This document shows, piece by piece, positions 9,984 to 18,905 of a DNA stretch of 40,310 bases. Under the pieces are notes generated by a model. It was not told the DNA's origin and did not search any database. It worked only from the letters and a program-made list of their open reading frames with translations. This DNA comes from Holosporales bacterium (lineage in GTDB: Bacteria; Pseudomonadota; Alphaproteobacteria; UBA3830; JAIRMZ01). The stretch is taken from assembly GCA_031255325.1 (NCBI GenBank), contig JAIRST010000059.1, positions 1 to 40,310 of the forward strand. Direction: 5' to 3'. A program made the translations under genes and the position numbers. How positions within the stretch are numbered: position 1 is the stretch's first letter; each line of letters begins with the position of its first letter.

Positions 9984-11399
9984 ATGACAAAGAAACGCCC
10001 TTTCCGTATGTTGGGAAGTGTATCACTTTTAACTATAGCGATATCTGCTTATGGAATGAATCCTTTTGATTTGCTGGAAGAAAAAAAGCAACTTATTTTA
10101 AATCGAGATTTACAAAAAGGAAATCAATCTCTCATTTTCCGAGAGCTTTCAAAGCTGGATAAAAATTCTTTTCAAGATCCACAAAGTCAGAAAACTATAA
10201 AAGGCATTTTAAAAACCTTAGAGTCTTTAAAAGATCTTTCTCCACAAACGACAGTCGATATTCGCTGTTTAATCTACAAAATTTTAGAAAACCATTGGCT
10301 TACAGCTTTACCCCCTGTTACAAAGAAGACCATACCGACAGAAATCATAAATGGCCTGATAAATGCAAAGTGTTTTGAGATGCCATGGATAATTTCCGCA
10401 GGGAAATATACCCCCCTGATGTTTAATATATACTGGTGGAATCTTATGATTTCAGGATCAAGGCCGCGTATTCAACTTGGTCAAACCTCATCTCAAGCAG
10501 ATATCCCATCTAAGATAGTATTAAGAACTCCTTCCATGGCTTTTAATTTTTATCATTTCTTAGAGGGCCCGCTTTTGCGCGTTGATCCAGTTTTTGGAAA
10601 GAAAACGGCTTTGTCCTGGATGAAAATATTCTTGGAGAAAGCTTCTTACGATGATTTTAAGGAACAAGTCTTAGAGTTTGACAAAAAACCATCATTGTAC
10701 AATAATGCCAAACAGAGTTTTCCTGATTTTATGCGCATTGTATCTACCTTATCGCCAAATAAGGTTGCTCCAAAAGTCAATTTACGTTTGCTTCTATGGG
10801 AAATGGCGAATAATGACTTATCTTTGGAACGTTTTACCTTTTTTACGTGTGAGGGGATGCGAAGTTATCTAGATAATTTTCTATTGGAATTACCAAAAGG
10901 ATTATCATGTCTTCCGGGAAACCAGGAAACAGAGGAAAATTTTGTACGTTTTTTAATTATGAATCCTTCCGATTCGATATCCAAGGAACGTGTGGTCCAA
11001 TGGAAACAGAAGCTTAGTGGCGAAGGGTGGGAAAATATTCTCTTGAGTCTATTTTCTTTCGATGCTTTTATGGTCCCTTCCGATGAGAACAAAGCCATGT
11101 CAGTAGTACGTTTTATCGAGGGTCTACCCGGGAATATCGCTCTTTCTATTAGCCTTAAAGGCTTTGAAATTTTGCGTAAAGAGGGAAATAAATTCCTGCA
11201 AATCTATCCAAAAGAAAGTATAAAGCTTTTTGCCCATATCATTTTGGCACAGAATCTTGACCAAATGATTTCTCCAGAGACGAAGCAGGTTGCTAGTTTC
11301 ATTATCAATAAAGCGGAAGAAACTGGTTTTGGAGATGATTCTGATCTAGTAAAGAAGGCAACCGAAATTATTATTATGAGCGGGTTTTCTTTCCAATAA
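9984..11399 (+). CDS. Hypothetical protein with a signal-like N-terminus (orphan, no recognisable domain)
   Basis: It is the only long ORF in this interval. GGAGG lies 5 nt upstream of the ATG at 9984; the track start at 9972 is a TTG inside the RBS. The N-terminus is MTKKRPFRMLGSVSLLTIAISAYG. A rho-independent terminator follows directly. Composition is visibly more A/T-rich than the flanking genes. Confidence 0.6.
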   Translation: MTKKRPFRMLGSVSLLTIAISAYGMNPFDLLEEKKQLILNRDLQKGNQSLIFRELSKLDKNSFQDPQSQKTIKGILKTLESLKDLSPQTTVDIRCLIYKILENHWLTALPPVTKKTIPTEIINGLINAKCFEMPWIISAGKYTPLMFNIYWWNLMISGSRPRIQLGQTSSQADIPSKIVLRTPSMAFNFYHFLEGPLLRVDPVFGKKTALSWMKIFLEKASYDDFKEQVLEFDKKPSLYNNAKQSFPDFMRIVSTLSPNKVAPKVNLRLLLWEMANNDLSLERFTFFTCEGMRSYLDNFLLELPKGLSCLPGNQETEENFVRFLIMNPSDSISKERVVQWKQKLSGEGWENILLSLFSFDAFMVPSDENKAMSVVRFIEGLPGNIALSISLKGFEILRKEGNKFLQIYPKESIKLFAHIILAQNLDQMISPETKQVASFIINKAEETGFGDDSDLVKKATEIIIMSGFSFQ

Positions 11400-11428
11400 A
11401 ACCATGGAGATCGTTATATTTTATTCAG

Positions 11429-11456
11429 CCGGGGGCCTGTACCCCCGGTTTTTTTG
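11429..11456 (+). terminator. Rho-independent terminator
   Basis: CCGGGGG (11429-11435), loop CCTGTA, CCCCCGG (11442-11448), then a T8 run. It starts 30 nt after the stop of the 9984-11399 ORF. Confidence 0.8.
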
Positions 11457-11565
11457 TACACACTGCTTTTTTAAAGCCTTGAAACTCAATATTAAATAAA
11501 GAAATGCTTGTTTTCTTTTAAAAAATAGCGTGCCCCTTATTTATTATAAAAAATATTAGAAAATA

Positions 11566-11641
11566 TGGCTCCCCGGGCCGGACTCGAACCAGCGACCCAG
11601 TGGTTAACAGCCACTTGCTCTACCAACTGAGCTACCGGGGA
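11566..11641 (-). tRNA. tRNA-Asn (anticodon GTT), CCA encoded
   Basis: The minus strand reads TCCCCGGTAGCTCAGTTGGTAGAGCAAGTGGCTGTTAACCACTGGGTCGCTGGTTCGAGTCCGGCCCGGGGAGCCA. It folds as a cloverleaf with a 7-bp acceptor stem, anticodon loop CTGTTAA, T-loop TTCGAGT and discriminator G. Confidence 0.95.
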
Positions 11642-11677
11642 CCATGCGTCACTTCTAACAGAATAGAATGCTCTTTA

Positions 11678-13024
11678 CTAGTCTTTTTTTTCGGTCTTTT
11701 TAGAAGTTTGTCGTGTTTGTAAAAGGCGTTCCCAGTATAAAAGACGCTTTTTGATTTCCCGTTCGAACCCGCGTTCGATAGGTTCATATAAGCGTCGTGA
11801 CGCAAGCTCTTCAGGTAAAAAGTTCTGTCCCGCATAACTATCTGGAATGTCAGGATCATAAATATATCCCGCTCCATATCCTTGCTCTTTCATCAGCTTT
11901 GTGGGAGCATTAAGCACAGATTTCGGTGGCATCAATGAAGGTGATTCTTGTGCCCATTTTTTTGCCGCCTTAAACGCTTTATACACGGCGACTGACTTCG
12001 GTGCTGTTGCCAGGTAAATCACAAGTTGCGCTAACACAAGATTCCCTTCGGGACTGCCAAGGAACTTATACATTTCTAAGGCGCTAACGGCTTGAACAAG
12101 CGCCTGCGGATCGGCAAGACCTATATCTTCGACAGCAAAACGGATAAGACGACGGAGGATATAAAGGGGATCTTCTCCACCTTCGAGCATACGCGCCATC
12201 CAATAAAGGGCGGCATTTACATCTGATCCACGCAGAGATTTGTGCAAAGCACTGATTAAATTATAGTGTTCGTCCCGCGCTTTGTCGTAAAGCGCTGCTC
12301 GTTTGCGTATTACTTTTAGCAAGCGTTCCGGTGTAAGCTTTTCTTTTAAACGCAAAGAAAATAAATCTTCCGCACGATTTAAAAGATAACGCCCATCGCC
12401 ATCTGCCATCTGGCACAAGGTTGTACGGGCTTTTTGGGTAAGGGGAAGCGTATCATTGACAAGCTCTTCGGCACGGCGCAAAAGAAACTCAAGCGCTTCT
12501 AAAGCTAATCGATTCAATGTTAAAACTTTGCAACGTGATAAAAGAGCTGCATTCAGCTCAAACGAAGGATTCTCTGTGGTTGTTCCTATCAGGGTAATTA
12601 TGCCTGATTCCATGTGGGGAAGAAAAATGTCCTGCTGGGAACGGTTTAAACGATGAATTTCATCCACAATAAGGATTGTTCTTGTGCCCAACCGTAAACG
12701 GTATTCTGCTTGATCAAAAAACTCTTTAAATTGCGCTGTTCCATGCAAAACAGCCGAAGCGGATTCAAAAAAGGCACCGCTTTTTTCAGCCAGAATCTTG
12801 GCCAAAGAAGTTTTCCCGCATCCTGGTGGTCCCCAGAAAATAAGCGAAGGAAGGGGGATTTGTGCCGCTACATGCTCTATCGAGCCTATACCTTCGAAAA
12901 GGCTATTTTGCCCGATCAATTCCGAGAACTCTTGCGGGCGTAGTCGATCAGCAAGAGGACGTATCACTAAGGACAAGTTCCTTTCTTGTTCCATGTCAGG
13001 AATATGATCAAACAACGAAGTCAT
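11678..13024 (-). CDS. rarA: Replication-associated recombination protein A (AAA+ ATPase RarA/MgsA)
   Basis: Walker A is GPPGCGKTS and Walker B is ILIVDEIHR. GTTTENPSFELNAALLSRC and the C-terminal MgsA-type helical domain (YLARMLEGGEDPLYILRRL) are present. Confidence 0.9.
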   Translation of the reverse strand: MTSLFDHIPDMEQERNLSLVIRPLADRLRPQEFSELIGQNSLFEGIGSIEHVAAQIPLPSLIFWGPPGCGKTSLAKILAEKSGAFFESASAVLHGTAQFKEFFDQAEYRLRLGTRTILIVDEIHRLNRSQQDIFLPHMESGIITLIGTTTENPSFELNAALLSRCKVLTLNRLALEALEFLLRRAEELVNDTLPLTQKARTTLCQMADGDGRYLLNRAEDLFSLRLKEKLTPERLLKVIRKRAALYDKARDEHYNLISALHKSLRGSDVNAALYWMARMLEGGEDPLYILRRLIRFAVEDIGLADPQALVQAVSALEMYKFLGSPEGNLVLAQLVIYLATAPKSVAVYKAFKAAKKWAQESPSLMPPKSVLNAPTKLMKEQGYGAGYIYDPDIPDSYAGQNFLPEELASRRLYEPIERGFEREIKKRLLYWERLLQTRQTSKKTEKKD

Positions 13025-13142
13025 AACTTTTACTTTAAGCGCTTTCTATCAATAAAGGTAAGGGGATGGTTTGGAATCTATATTTTCTGCTATTGCATTG
13101 AATAAGGCACTCTTGTATATACTCAAAAGTTGAGTCTCATTT

Positions 13143-13216
13143 GCGGGTGTAGCTCAATGGCAGAGTAGAAGCTTCCCAAGCTTACGACAAGGGTTCGATT
13201 CCCTTCGCCCGCTCCA
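13143..13216 (+). tRNA. tRNA-Gly (anticodon CCC), CCA encoded
   Basis: GCGGGTGTAGCTCAATGGCAGAGTAGAAGCTTCCCAAGCTTACGACAAGGGTTCGATTCCCTTCGCCCGCTCCA. The acceptor stem is GCGGGTG/CGCCCGC, the anticodon loop TTCCCAA, the T-loop TTCGATT and the discriminator U. Confidence 0.95.
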
Positions 13217-13355
13217 TTTTTCCAAAAGCAAAAGAGCCTATGACAACTAACTTTTAAAATGACTCTTTTAAAGATATGTATAAAAAAAGAACTAAAAACG
13301 ATTTCCATCTTCCGCATAGGATGCGCGAAAGCAGAGTGAGATAATTGATAAACAA

Positions 13356-13730
13356 ATGAAACTAAACCCTATCCCTTTTTTAGTTGTCCTGTATATTTTC
13401 TTTACCGTAGCTGGTCAACTGACCCTTAAACATAGCGTTGGTGAAATTGTAAACGCCATGAATGGTTTCAAGCTCATCGATTTCTTTTTGAATATTGTTA
13501 CAAATGTCTATTTTTTAGGTGGGGTCTTTTTATTTGGAATGGGGTCTTTGATTTGGACTTACTTATTAACACGTTTAGATATAAGTTTCATATATCCCAT
13601 CACTGCGAGCATTACCTATGCTTTACTTATTTTCCTTGGATGGTATATTTTTGGAGAAACACTTTCTCCTTTGCGAATTTTAGGAATTGTGATCATCCTT
13701 ATCGGTGTTTGTTTAGTTTCGCAAACATAG
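13356..13730 (+). CDS. Small 4-TM membrane protein, EamA/ArnE-like (DMT superfamily half-size)
   Basis: A 124-aa protein with four hydrophobic helices. TM1 carries AGQLTLKH (Gln rather than the SMR Glu), as in ArnE/ArnF-type small DMT proteins. The family call is from this pattern only. Confidence 0.55.
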   Translation: MKLNPIPFLVVLYIFFTVAGQLTLKHSVGEIVNAMNGFKLIDFFLNIVTNVYFLGGVFLFGMGSLIWTYLLTRLDISFIYPITASITYALLIFLGWYIFGETLSPLRILGIVIILIGVCLVSQT

Positions 13731-13739
13731 CGCTTACAA

Positions 13740-14528
13740 TTATAAAGAAAATTTCCAACGAATTGGAGCATGATCTGAAGGACGATGGTGCAAGCGGTAT
13801 GCTATCAGAACATCGCCTTCTTTTGATGCCCTCAAGGCTTTCTGGGATAAGAGGAAATGATCAATCCTCAACCCTTTTTGGGAATTAAAAGCTTTGCGTC
13901 GATAATCCCACCACGTAAAAAAATGAGGCTGTTCTTGTGATCGACACAGCGTAGAAAAAGCATCCGTTAACCCCTCTTTAAGGAGAACCGCAAAAGCCTG
14001 ACGTTCTAAGGTGGTGCAAAGAACATGCCCTGCCCATTTTTTAGGATCGTAAACATCTTGATCTGTTGGCGCCACATTAAAATCACCTCCGATCACAAAG
14101 ATTTCATCGTATTGAAGACGCTCCGCAAGGTGTATGCGTAATTTTTCAAAAAAGACTAATTTCCTGTTATAAGCTGGCGCTCCGACCTCTTGACCATTAG
14201 GAATGTATATACTCGCGACGCGAACACCTTTGGTTACCGCTTCGATATACCGTGCTTCCGCACCATCTCCAAGAAACCCTTTTTGGCATTCTTCTAATGG
14301 ATGTTTCGAAAGAAGAGCCACGCCATTATAGCTTTTCTGGCCATAAAAAGAGATATTGTATCCGTATTCTCCCAGCAGTTCTTCTGGGAAAATTTTATCT
14401 TCAATTTTTGTTTCCTGTAATAATAAAATATCGGGTTTTTCCTCTTCAAGCAGACGCGTAAGCGAAAGCCATCGCGCGCGTAGAGAATTGATATTCCAGC
14501 TGATGATTGAAAAAACTTTGTCCGTCAA
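13740..14528 (-). CDS. xthA: Exodeoxyribonuclease III
   Basis: ISWNINSLRAR, LLQETK, GGDFNVAP and LRIDHFLLS are ExoIII/AP-endonuclease motifs. The track ORF (to 14690) overlaps argS and adds about 55 non-homologous residues. A TTG at 14528 gives MTDKVFSIISWN and a typical 262-aa length; the ATG at 14603 is the alternative. Confidence 0.85.
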   Translation of the reverse strand: MTDKVFSIISWNINSLRARWLSLTRLLEEEKPDILLLQETKIEDKIFPEELLGEYGYNISFYGQKSYNGVALLSKHPLEECQKGFLGDGAEARYIEAVTKGVRVASIYIPNGQEVGAPAYNRKLVFFEKLRIHLAERLQYDEIFVIGGDFNVAPTDQDVYDPKKWAGHVLCTTLERQAFAVLLKEGLTDAFSTLCRSQEQPHFFTWWDYRRKAFNSQKGLRIDHFLLSQKALRASKEGDVLIAYRLHHRPSDHAPIRWKFSL

Positions 14529-14606
14529 CAGAGACTCTATTATATTGTGAGATGCCCAGTCTATCGCGTATAATTTAATAAAGAAAAGATTTTTTGAAAG
14601 CATAGG

Positions 14607-16373
14607 GTGGTGGTGCAGAAATTTCAGGAGGGCGATATATTTCTTCATTTTGAACATTTGATAAAGCAATCTGTGGAGCGTCTGGCACAAATGTTAGAAA
14701 AATCAGTGCCGGAAAAGGACGTATTTTCGGTTGGAATTCCTAAAGAGCGCACTTTCGGAGATTTGTCAACGAATGCTGCTATGGTTCTTGCCAAAGAATG
14801 GAAACTTTCTCCACAAACAATCGCTATTCAACTACAAAAAGATCTGGCAAAAGTACCGGAAATTACTTCCGTAAGCGTTGCAGGTGCTGGATTCTTGAAT
14901 ATAACCGTTGCGCAGGAGTGTTTGCTTTCTTTCCTCACCCATCTTCTGGCATTAGGGCAAGATTACGGTCGCTCTTTAACAGGCAAAGGCCAAAAAGTGA
15001 ATGTTGAGTATGTATCGGCAAATCCAACAGGTCCTTTGCACGCAGGTCATTTGCGCGGTGCAGTAACGGGGGACGTTCTTGCAACGCTTTTAGCCTTTAC
15101 GGGCTTTGAGGTAACGCGCGAGTATTATATCAATGATGCTGGCCATCAAATCGACGTCCTTACGGACACATTGTATTACCGCTACCAAAAGCTTCTTGAT
15201 GTGGACGTTCCTGAGCCCAAAGAATATTATCCGGGGACCTATTTAATGGCGAGTGCGCAGCGTCTTATTGACCGTGATGGAAAAAAGTGGCTCAATGACC
15301 CATATTGGCGTCCTTCAGTCACAGCTTTTGCTATTGACGAAATGATGCATCTTATTAAAGAGGATATGGAGGCACTCGGGGTGCATCATGATGTCTTTTC
15401 TTCGGAACGTGCGCTTGTTGAGGCCGGTAAAGTTGATGGTGCGCTTACTTTTCTTAAGAATCATGGACTTATCTATGAAGGCATTTTAACACCTCCTAAA
15501 GGAAAGGTTATTGAAGATTGGGAAGAACGGCCACAGACTCTTTTCCGTTCTACAGATTTCGGAGACGATAGTGATCGTCCTCTTAAAAAATCCGATGGAT
15601 CTTGGACGTACTTTGCAACAGACATCGCTTATCATTTGGATAAAATCCACCGAGGATTTACTTCTATCATCGATTTTTGGGGCGCAGACCATGGGGGGTA
15701 CGTCAAACGTATGGCGGCAGCGATTAAAGCGCTATCTGCTAATGCACCTGTGTCATTTGATGTGTGTCTTTGCCAAATTGTACGTTTCATTCAAAACGGC
15801 CAAGAAGTTCGCATGTCAAAACGTGCCGGAACTTTTGTAGAAGCGAAAGACGTCATTGAAAAAGTTGGGAAAGACGCTGTGCGTTTTTTTATGTTGACAC
15901 GTCGCGATGATGCTCCGTTAGATTTTGACTTTGCTAAAGTTGTAGAAGAAACGCGGGATAATCCTGTTTTTTATGTTCAATACGCGCATGCGCGTGTATG
16001 TTCTGTTTTGCGTCAATGCGCCGCTTCTTTTCCAGATGTCCCAGCAGAAGAATTTTCATCAGTATGTCCGTTCCGTCGTACCTTTGTTTTTCAAGAGCGA
16101 GAGCTTATTAAAACCCTTCTGTCCTGGCCCCGTCAGGTAGAGCTTGCGGCACGATTACGCGAACCGCATCGTATTGCTTTTTATTTACTCGACCTTGCGA
16201 CTGCCTTTCATGCCTTATGGACAGCGGGGAAAGATGATGCAATACTACGTTTTGTGCATCCTAAGGATATACAAAAAACGCGGGAAAATATGGTTTTTGT
16301 GCACGCCGTTCAAAAAGTGTTATCTCTCGGATTGCGTATAGTAGGGATTACCCCTGTCACAGAATTGCACTGA
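14607..16373 (+). CDS. argS: Arginyl-tRNA synthetase
   Basis: The class I HIGH-like motif is ANPTGPLHAGHLRG and the KMSKS-like motif is MSKRAG. An anticodon-binding C-terminus is present. The exact start is uncertain: 14607 is a GTG, and an AGGAGG sits at 14625-14630. Confidence 0.9.
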   Translation: MVVQKFQEGDIFLHFEHLIKQSVERLAQMLEKSVPEKDVFSVGIPKERTFGDLSTNAAMVLAKEWKLSPQTIAIQLQKDLAKVPEITSVSVAGAGFLNITVAQECLLSFLTHLLALGQDYGRSLTGKGQKVNVEYVSANPTGPLHAGHLRGAVTGDVLATLLAFTGFEVTREYYINDAGHQIDVLTDTLYYRYQKLLDVDVPEPKEYYPGTYLMASAQRLIDRDGKKWLNDPYWRPSVTAFAIDEMMHLIKEDMEALGVHHDVFSSERALVEAGKVDGALTFLKNHGLIYEGILTPPKGKVIEDWEERPQTLFRSTDFGDDSDRPLKKSDGSWTYFATDIAYHLDKIHRGFTSIIDFWGADHGGYVKRMAAAIKALSANAPVSFDVCLCQIVRFIQNGQEVRMSKRAGTFVEAKDVIEKVGKDAVRFFMLTRRDDAPLDFDFAKVVEETRDNPVFYVQYAHARVCSVLRQCAASFPDVPAEEFSSVCPFRRTFVFQERELIKTLLSWPRQVELAARLREPHRIAFYLLDLATAFHALWTAGKDDAILRFVHPKDIQKTRENMVFVHAVQKVLSLGLRIVGITPVTELH

Positions 16374-16385
16374 ATGAAGGTGTAA

Positions 16386-17294
16386 ATGACGATGCTACCG
16401 GACGGTGAATATAAACGCTCTAACAAAAAAAACAAGCAACCTCAGCGGAAAAACTCATTTCTGTTATTGGGTATTGCTGGAGCAGGGGTCTTAGTTTTAT
16501 GTGCATTAGGAATGTGTTTATTTAAAAGCAGCACTCCTTCTTCTAAAACGCCTCTTATCAAGGCGCCGGAAACACCTGCTAAAATATACCCACAGGAATC
16601 CGGTCAGCAAGATCCTTTGCAAGAAACTTCTGTTTACAATCGAATCGCTTCTGCTCCGCAACAAACGCCCTTTCGTTCTGAAGAGGTAAAACCCTTGCCT
16701 GCACCAGAAGAGCCCGTTCCTCCGTTGCAAGAAGAGGAACGTATGGAGTTGACCCCAGAAGAGCGCACTCAGTTGGAAGGCATTGTCGATACTAATAATG
16801 CTGAAGAAGAGGAGGTCTTAGCGGAAAACTTACTGCCCCAATCTTCTACTGCTACGTCTGAAAAACCAACGCCTTTAGAAGAATTAGAGACTGTAATACC
16901 TTCTTCAGGCCCTTCTGATAAAGCTCAGCGTCAAGAGTCCGTCCAAACGGATACGCCTTCTGAATCGAAACAAGGGGGGGTATCGCGCGCAGTGCCTCCT
17001 ATGATAAAAAAATCTCCCTTGCAAAAAGTAACTTTGTCGCATCCTCTCAAAGGATTTAAAGTGCAAATTGCTTCTTTAGAGACACGGGAACACGCTGTGC
17101 AAGAATGGAATCGGTTAAAGCATCGTCCGATTTTTAAGTCCCTTTCTGTTGAAATTGCTCGTGTGGATTTGGGGCGTACAAGAGGCATTCGTCATCGTGT
17201 GTATGTTGGCCCATTTAGCAGCAAACAAGCAGCGGTACGTTTCGTCTCAAAGCTTAAGGATCACCATATCGATGCCTTGGTCGTGACTCCGTGA
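16386..17294 (+). CDS. SPOR domain-containing membrane protein
   Basis: It has an N-terminal TM (FLLLGIAGAGVLVLCALGMCLF) and a Pro/Glu-rich linker. The C-terminal SPOR fold pattern is FKVQIASLETREHAVQEW..RHRVYVGPFSSKQAAVRFVSKLK. An argS-SPOR arrangement is common in Alphaproteobacteria. Confidence 0.8.
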   Translation: MTMLPDGEYKRSNKKNKQPQRKNSFLLLGIAGAGVLVLCALGMCLFKSSTPSSKTPLIKAPETPAKIYPQESGQQDPLQETSVYNRIASAPQQTPFRSEEVKPLPAPEEPVPPLQEEERMELTPEERTQLEGIVDTNNAEEEEVLAENLLPQSSTATSEKPTPLEELETVIPSSGPSDKAQRQESVQTDTPSESKQGGVSRAVPPMIKKSPLQKVTLSHPLKGFKVQIASLETREHAVQEWNRLKHRPIFKSLSVEIARVDLGRTRGIRHRVYVGPFSSKQAAVRFVSKLKDHHIDALVVTP

Positions 17295-17344
17295 TGATCA
17301 GAGGTTTTATTGGGAACATTGCCCATAAGTTTTAAGGAAATGAT

Positions 17345-18727
17345 GTGAAAGATTTTAGGATGATGATAGTCAGTACAGTAAGAATAAAGCATTTTATGAG
17401 AAGAGCCTTATTTTTCATTATAGGGTTATGGGTATGCTCAGCTGCTTGTGCAGAGGAGGTAAGTATTGAGGGGGAGGGAATGCCCATTGAAGAGAGCTAT
17501 GAAGAGGCATTGGAAGGCATTCCGCCCGTTGAACCACGGGCTAAGCTGCGGAAAGATACATTCACTCTCAGTTCCGCGTACCTGGAAGGTTACTACACGA
17601 ATCAACAGCTTGCAACGGTTGGGGTAGAGCTTCTGCGTTTTTGGGTAAGGTTAGAAGATTTTTGGGGAGAGAGCTCCCTATTGGTAAAAGCAGGAATTTG
17701 GTTTGGCTTGTATTGGATGTGTTCTACGTTTGAGACAGCTTTCCATGAAACGGGGCATGGTTTAGGAATGAAGGCCTTTGGATATGATTATATGTTAGAG
17801 CACAGTACGAACGGGAAACCTTTTCAAAAAAATGAAAATTTCTTTAAGTTTTTTGTTAACGAATTCGTAAACACAAAAAGAGCAGCATGCAGGGCATCGG
17901 GTAAGTGGATGGATGATATTGCCATGAAGATCTACAGACATGAAGTTGGCATAAATTCGTTAAGCAAGGATGATTATGAGGCGCTTGTTCGAAAAAGTTT
18001 CGTTTTTAAGGCTGGAGGTATAAATAACAATACATACTTCTCCGAAAGGCTTAGTAATGAGATTTTTGAAAGAGAAGACGTAACCATCTCGGAAGGGGTT
18101 TTCTATTTTAACAATCAGCTTTATGGCGCACTGTATGCAGCAACTGCGAAGAAAAGGGGAGACGACCCATACGATATGGATTTATGCTGGAAAACACTTG
18201 GTCTTTCAACAAAGAAAAAAGATATGGAACGAGCTGGGTATATTGCTACACTAACAAGTGGTACGACTTATCGTTTTCTTTACGCAGTTTGGAGAGCATT
18301 CGCAGCTCCTGGTAAGCAGGTGGCTCCTTTTCAGGTTTATGGTGTAAGGGTACCCGATGTTTTTTCTTATGCGACCTCTCAAGGGATGTCGTATAAAGCA
18401 GTGAGTAGCTATAAGATGGATGAACAGAGACAGCTTTTGTTTGGGGTAGAGCATGTTTGGTATGGGAAACCTGCAACAGAATTTAATTTAGGATTAAGGC
18501 ACAGTCTTGGAAAAAGATGGTGTAATTTGTCTTACAAAGGAGTGGTTACTTTTGGAAAGGGGTTGTGTGCTGAGGGTTCTGTGAGTCTTCCTGTTTTAGA
18601 CAGTATTTCTTTCAATGTTGGAGGGGGTACCTATTCCAGTAAAAGCCTGCTGGGAAAAAGACATTCGACAAACCTCACAAAAGACCACAGCTTAAATATC
18701 TTCTGCTCTATTTCTTATGGGTACTGA
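17345..18727 (+). CDS. Hypothetical exported protein with an HExxH motif and a beta-strand-rich C-terminal half
   Basis: The signal-like segment is MRRALFFIIGLWVCSAACA. FHETGHGLG follows a hydrophobic helix. The last roughly 130 aa show an alternating hydrophobic pattern ending in SISYGY (aromatic terminus). No family is recognised. The GTG start at 17345 follows AAGGA; the internal ATG at 17396 is an alternative. Confidence 0.55.
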   Translation: MKDFRMMIVSTVRIKHFMRRALFFIIGLWVCSAACAEEVSIEGEGMPIEESYEEALEGIPPVEPRAKLRKDTFTLSSAYLEGYYTNQQLATVGVELLRFWVRLEDFWGESSLLVKAGIWFGLYWMCSTFETAFHETGHGLGMKAFGYDYMLEHSTNGKPFQKNENFFKFFVNEFVNTKRAACRASGKWMDDIAMKIYRHEVGINSLSKDDYEALVRKSFVFKAGGINNNTYFSERLSNEIFEREDVTISEGVFYFNNQLYGALYAATAKKRGDDPYDMDLCWKTLGLSTKKKDMERAGYIATLTSGTTYRFLYAVWRAFAAPGKQVAPFQVYGVRVPDVFSYATSQGMSYKAVSSYKMDEQRQLLFGVEHVWYGKPATEFNLGLRHSLGKRWCNLSYKGVVTFGKGLCAEGSVSLPVLDSISFNVGGGTYSSKSLLGKRHSTNLTKDHSLNIFCSISYGY

Positions 18728-18905
18728 ACGATACCTTTTTTACAAAGGAGTTTGTGCATTTGATACATAAAAAACACACAGTGAATGATGCAAAACCTCC
18801 TTATTATGACCACTCTGGAAGATGCTCTATCTCTCTTATCGAATTCTTTACCTTATAGAACAGAACCGATGCGAAGAAAGTATTCCTGTACTCTTCTCCG
18901 AATCC

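Noticed and set aside
13123-13317. A 64-aa minus-strand ORF.
   Set aside because: It is antisense to, and completely covers, tRNA-Gly(CCC).
13217-13355. I looked for a guanidine riboswitch (mini-ykkC, two ACGR-loop hairpins) upstream of the small 4-TM transporter gene.
   Set aside because: Only one short hairpin (cgcat-agg-atgcg) is present and it has no ACGR loop. The protein also lacks the SMR TM1 glutamate, so it is probably not a Gdx exporter.
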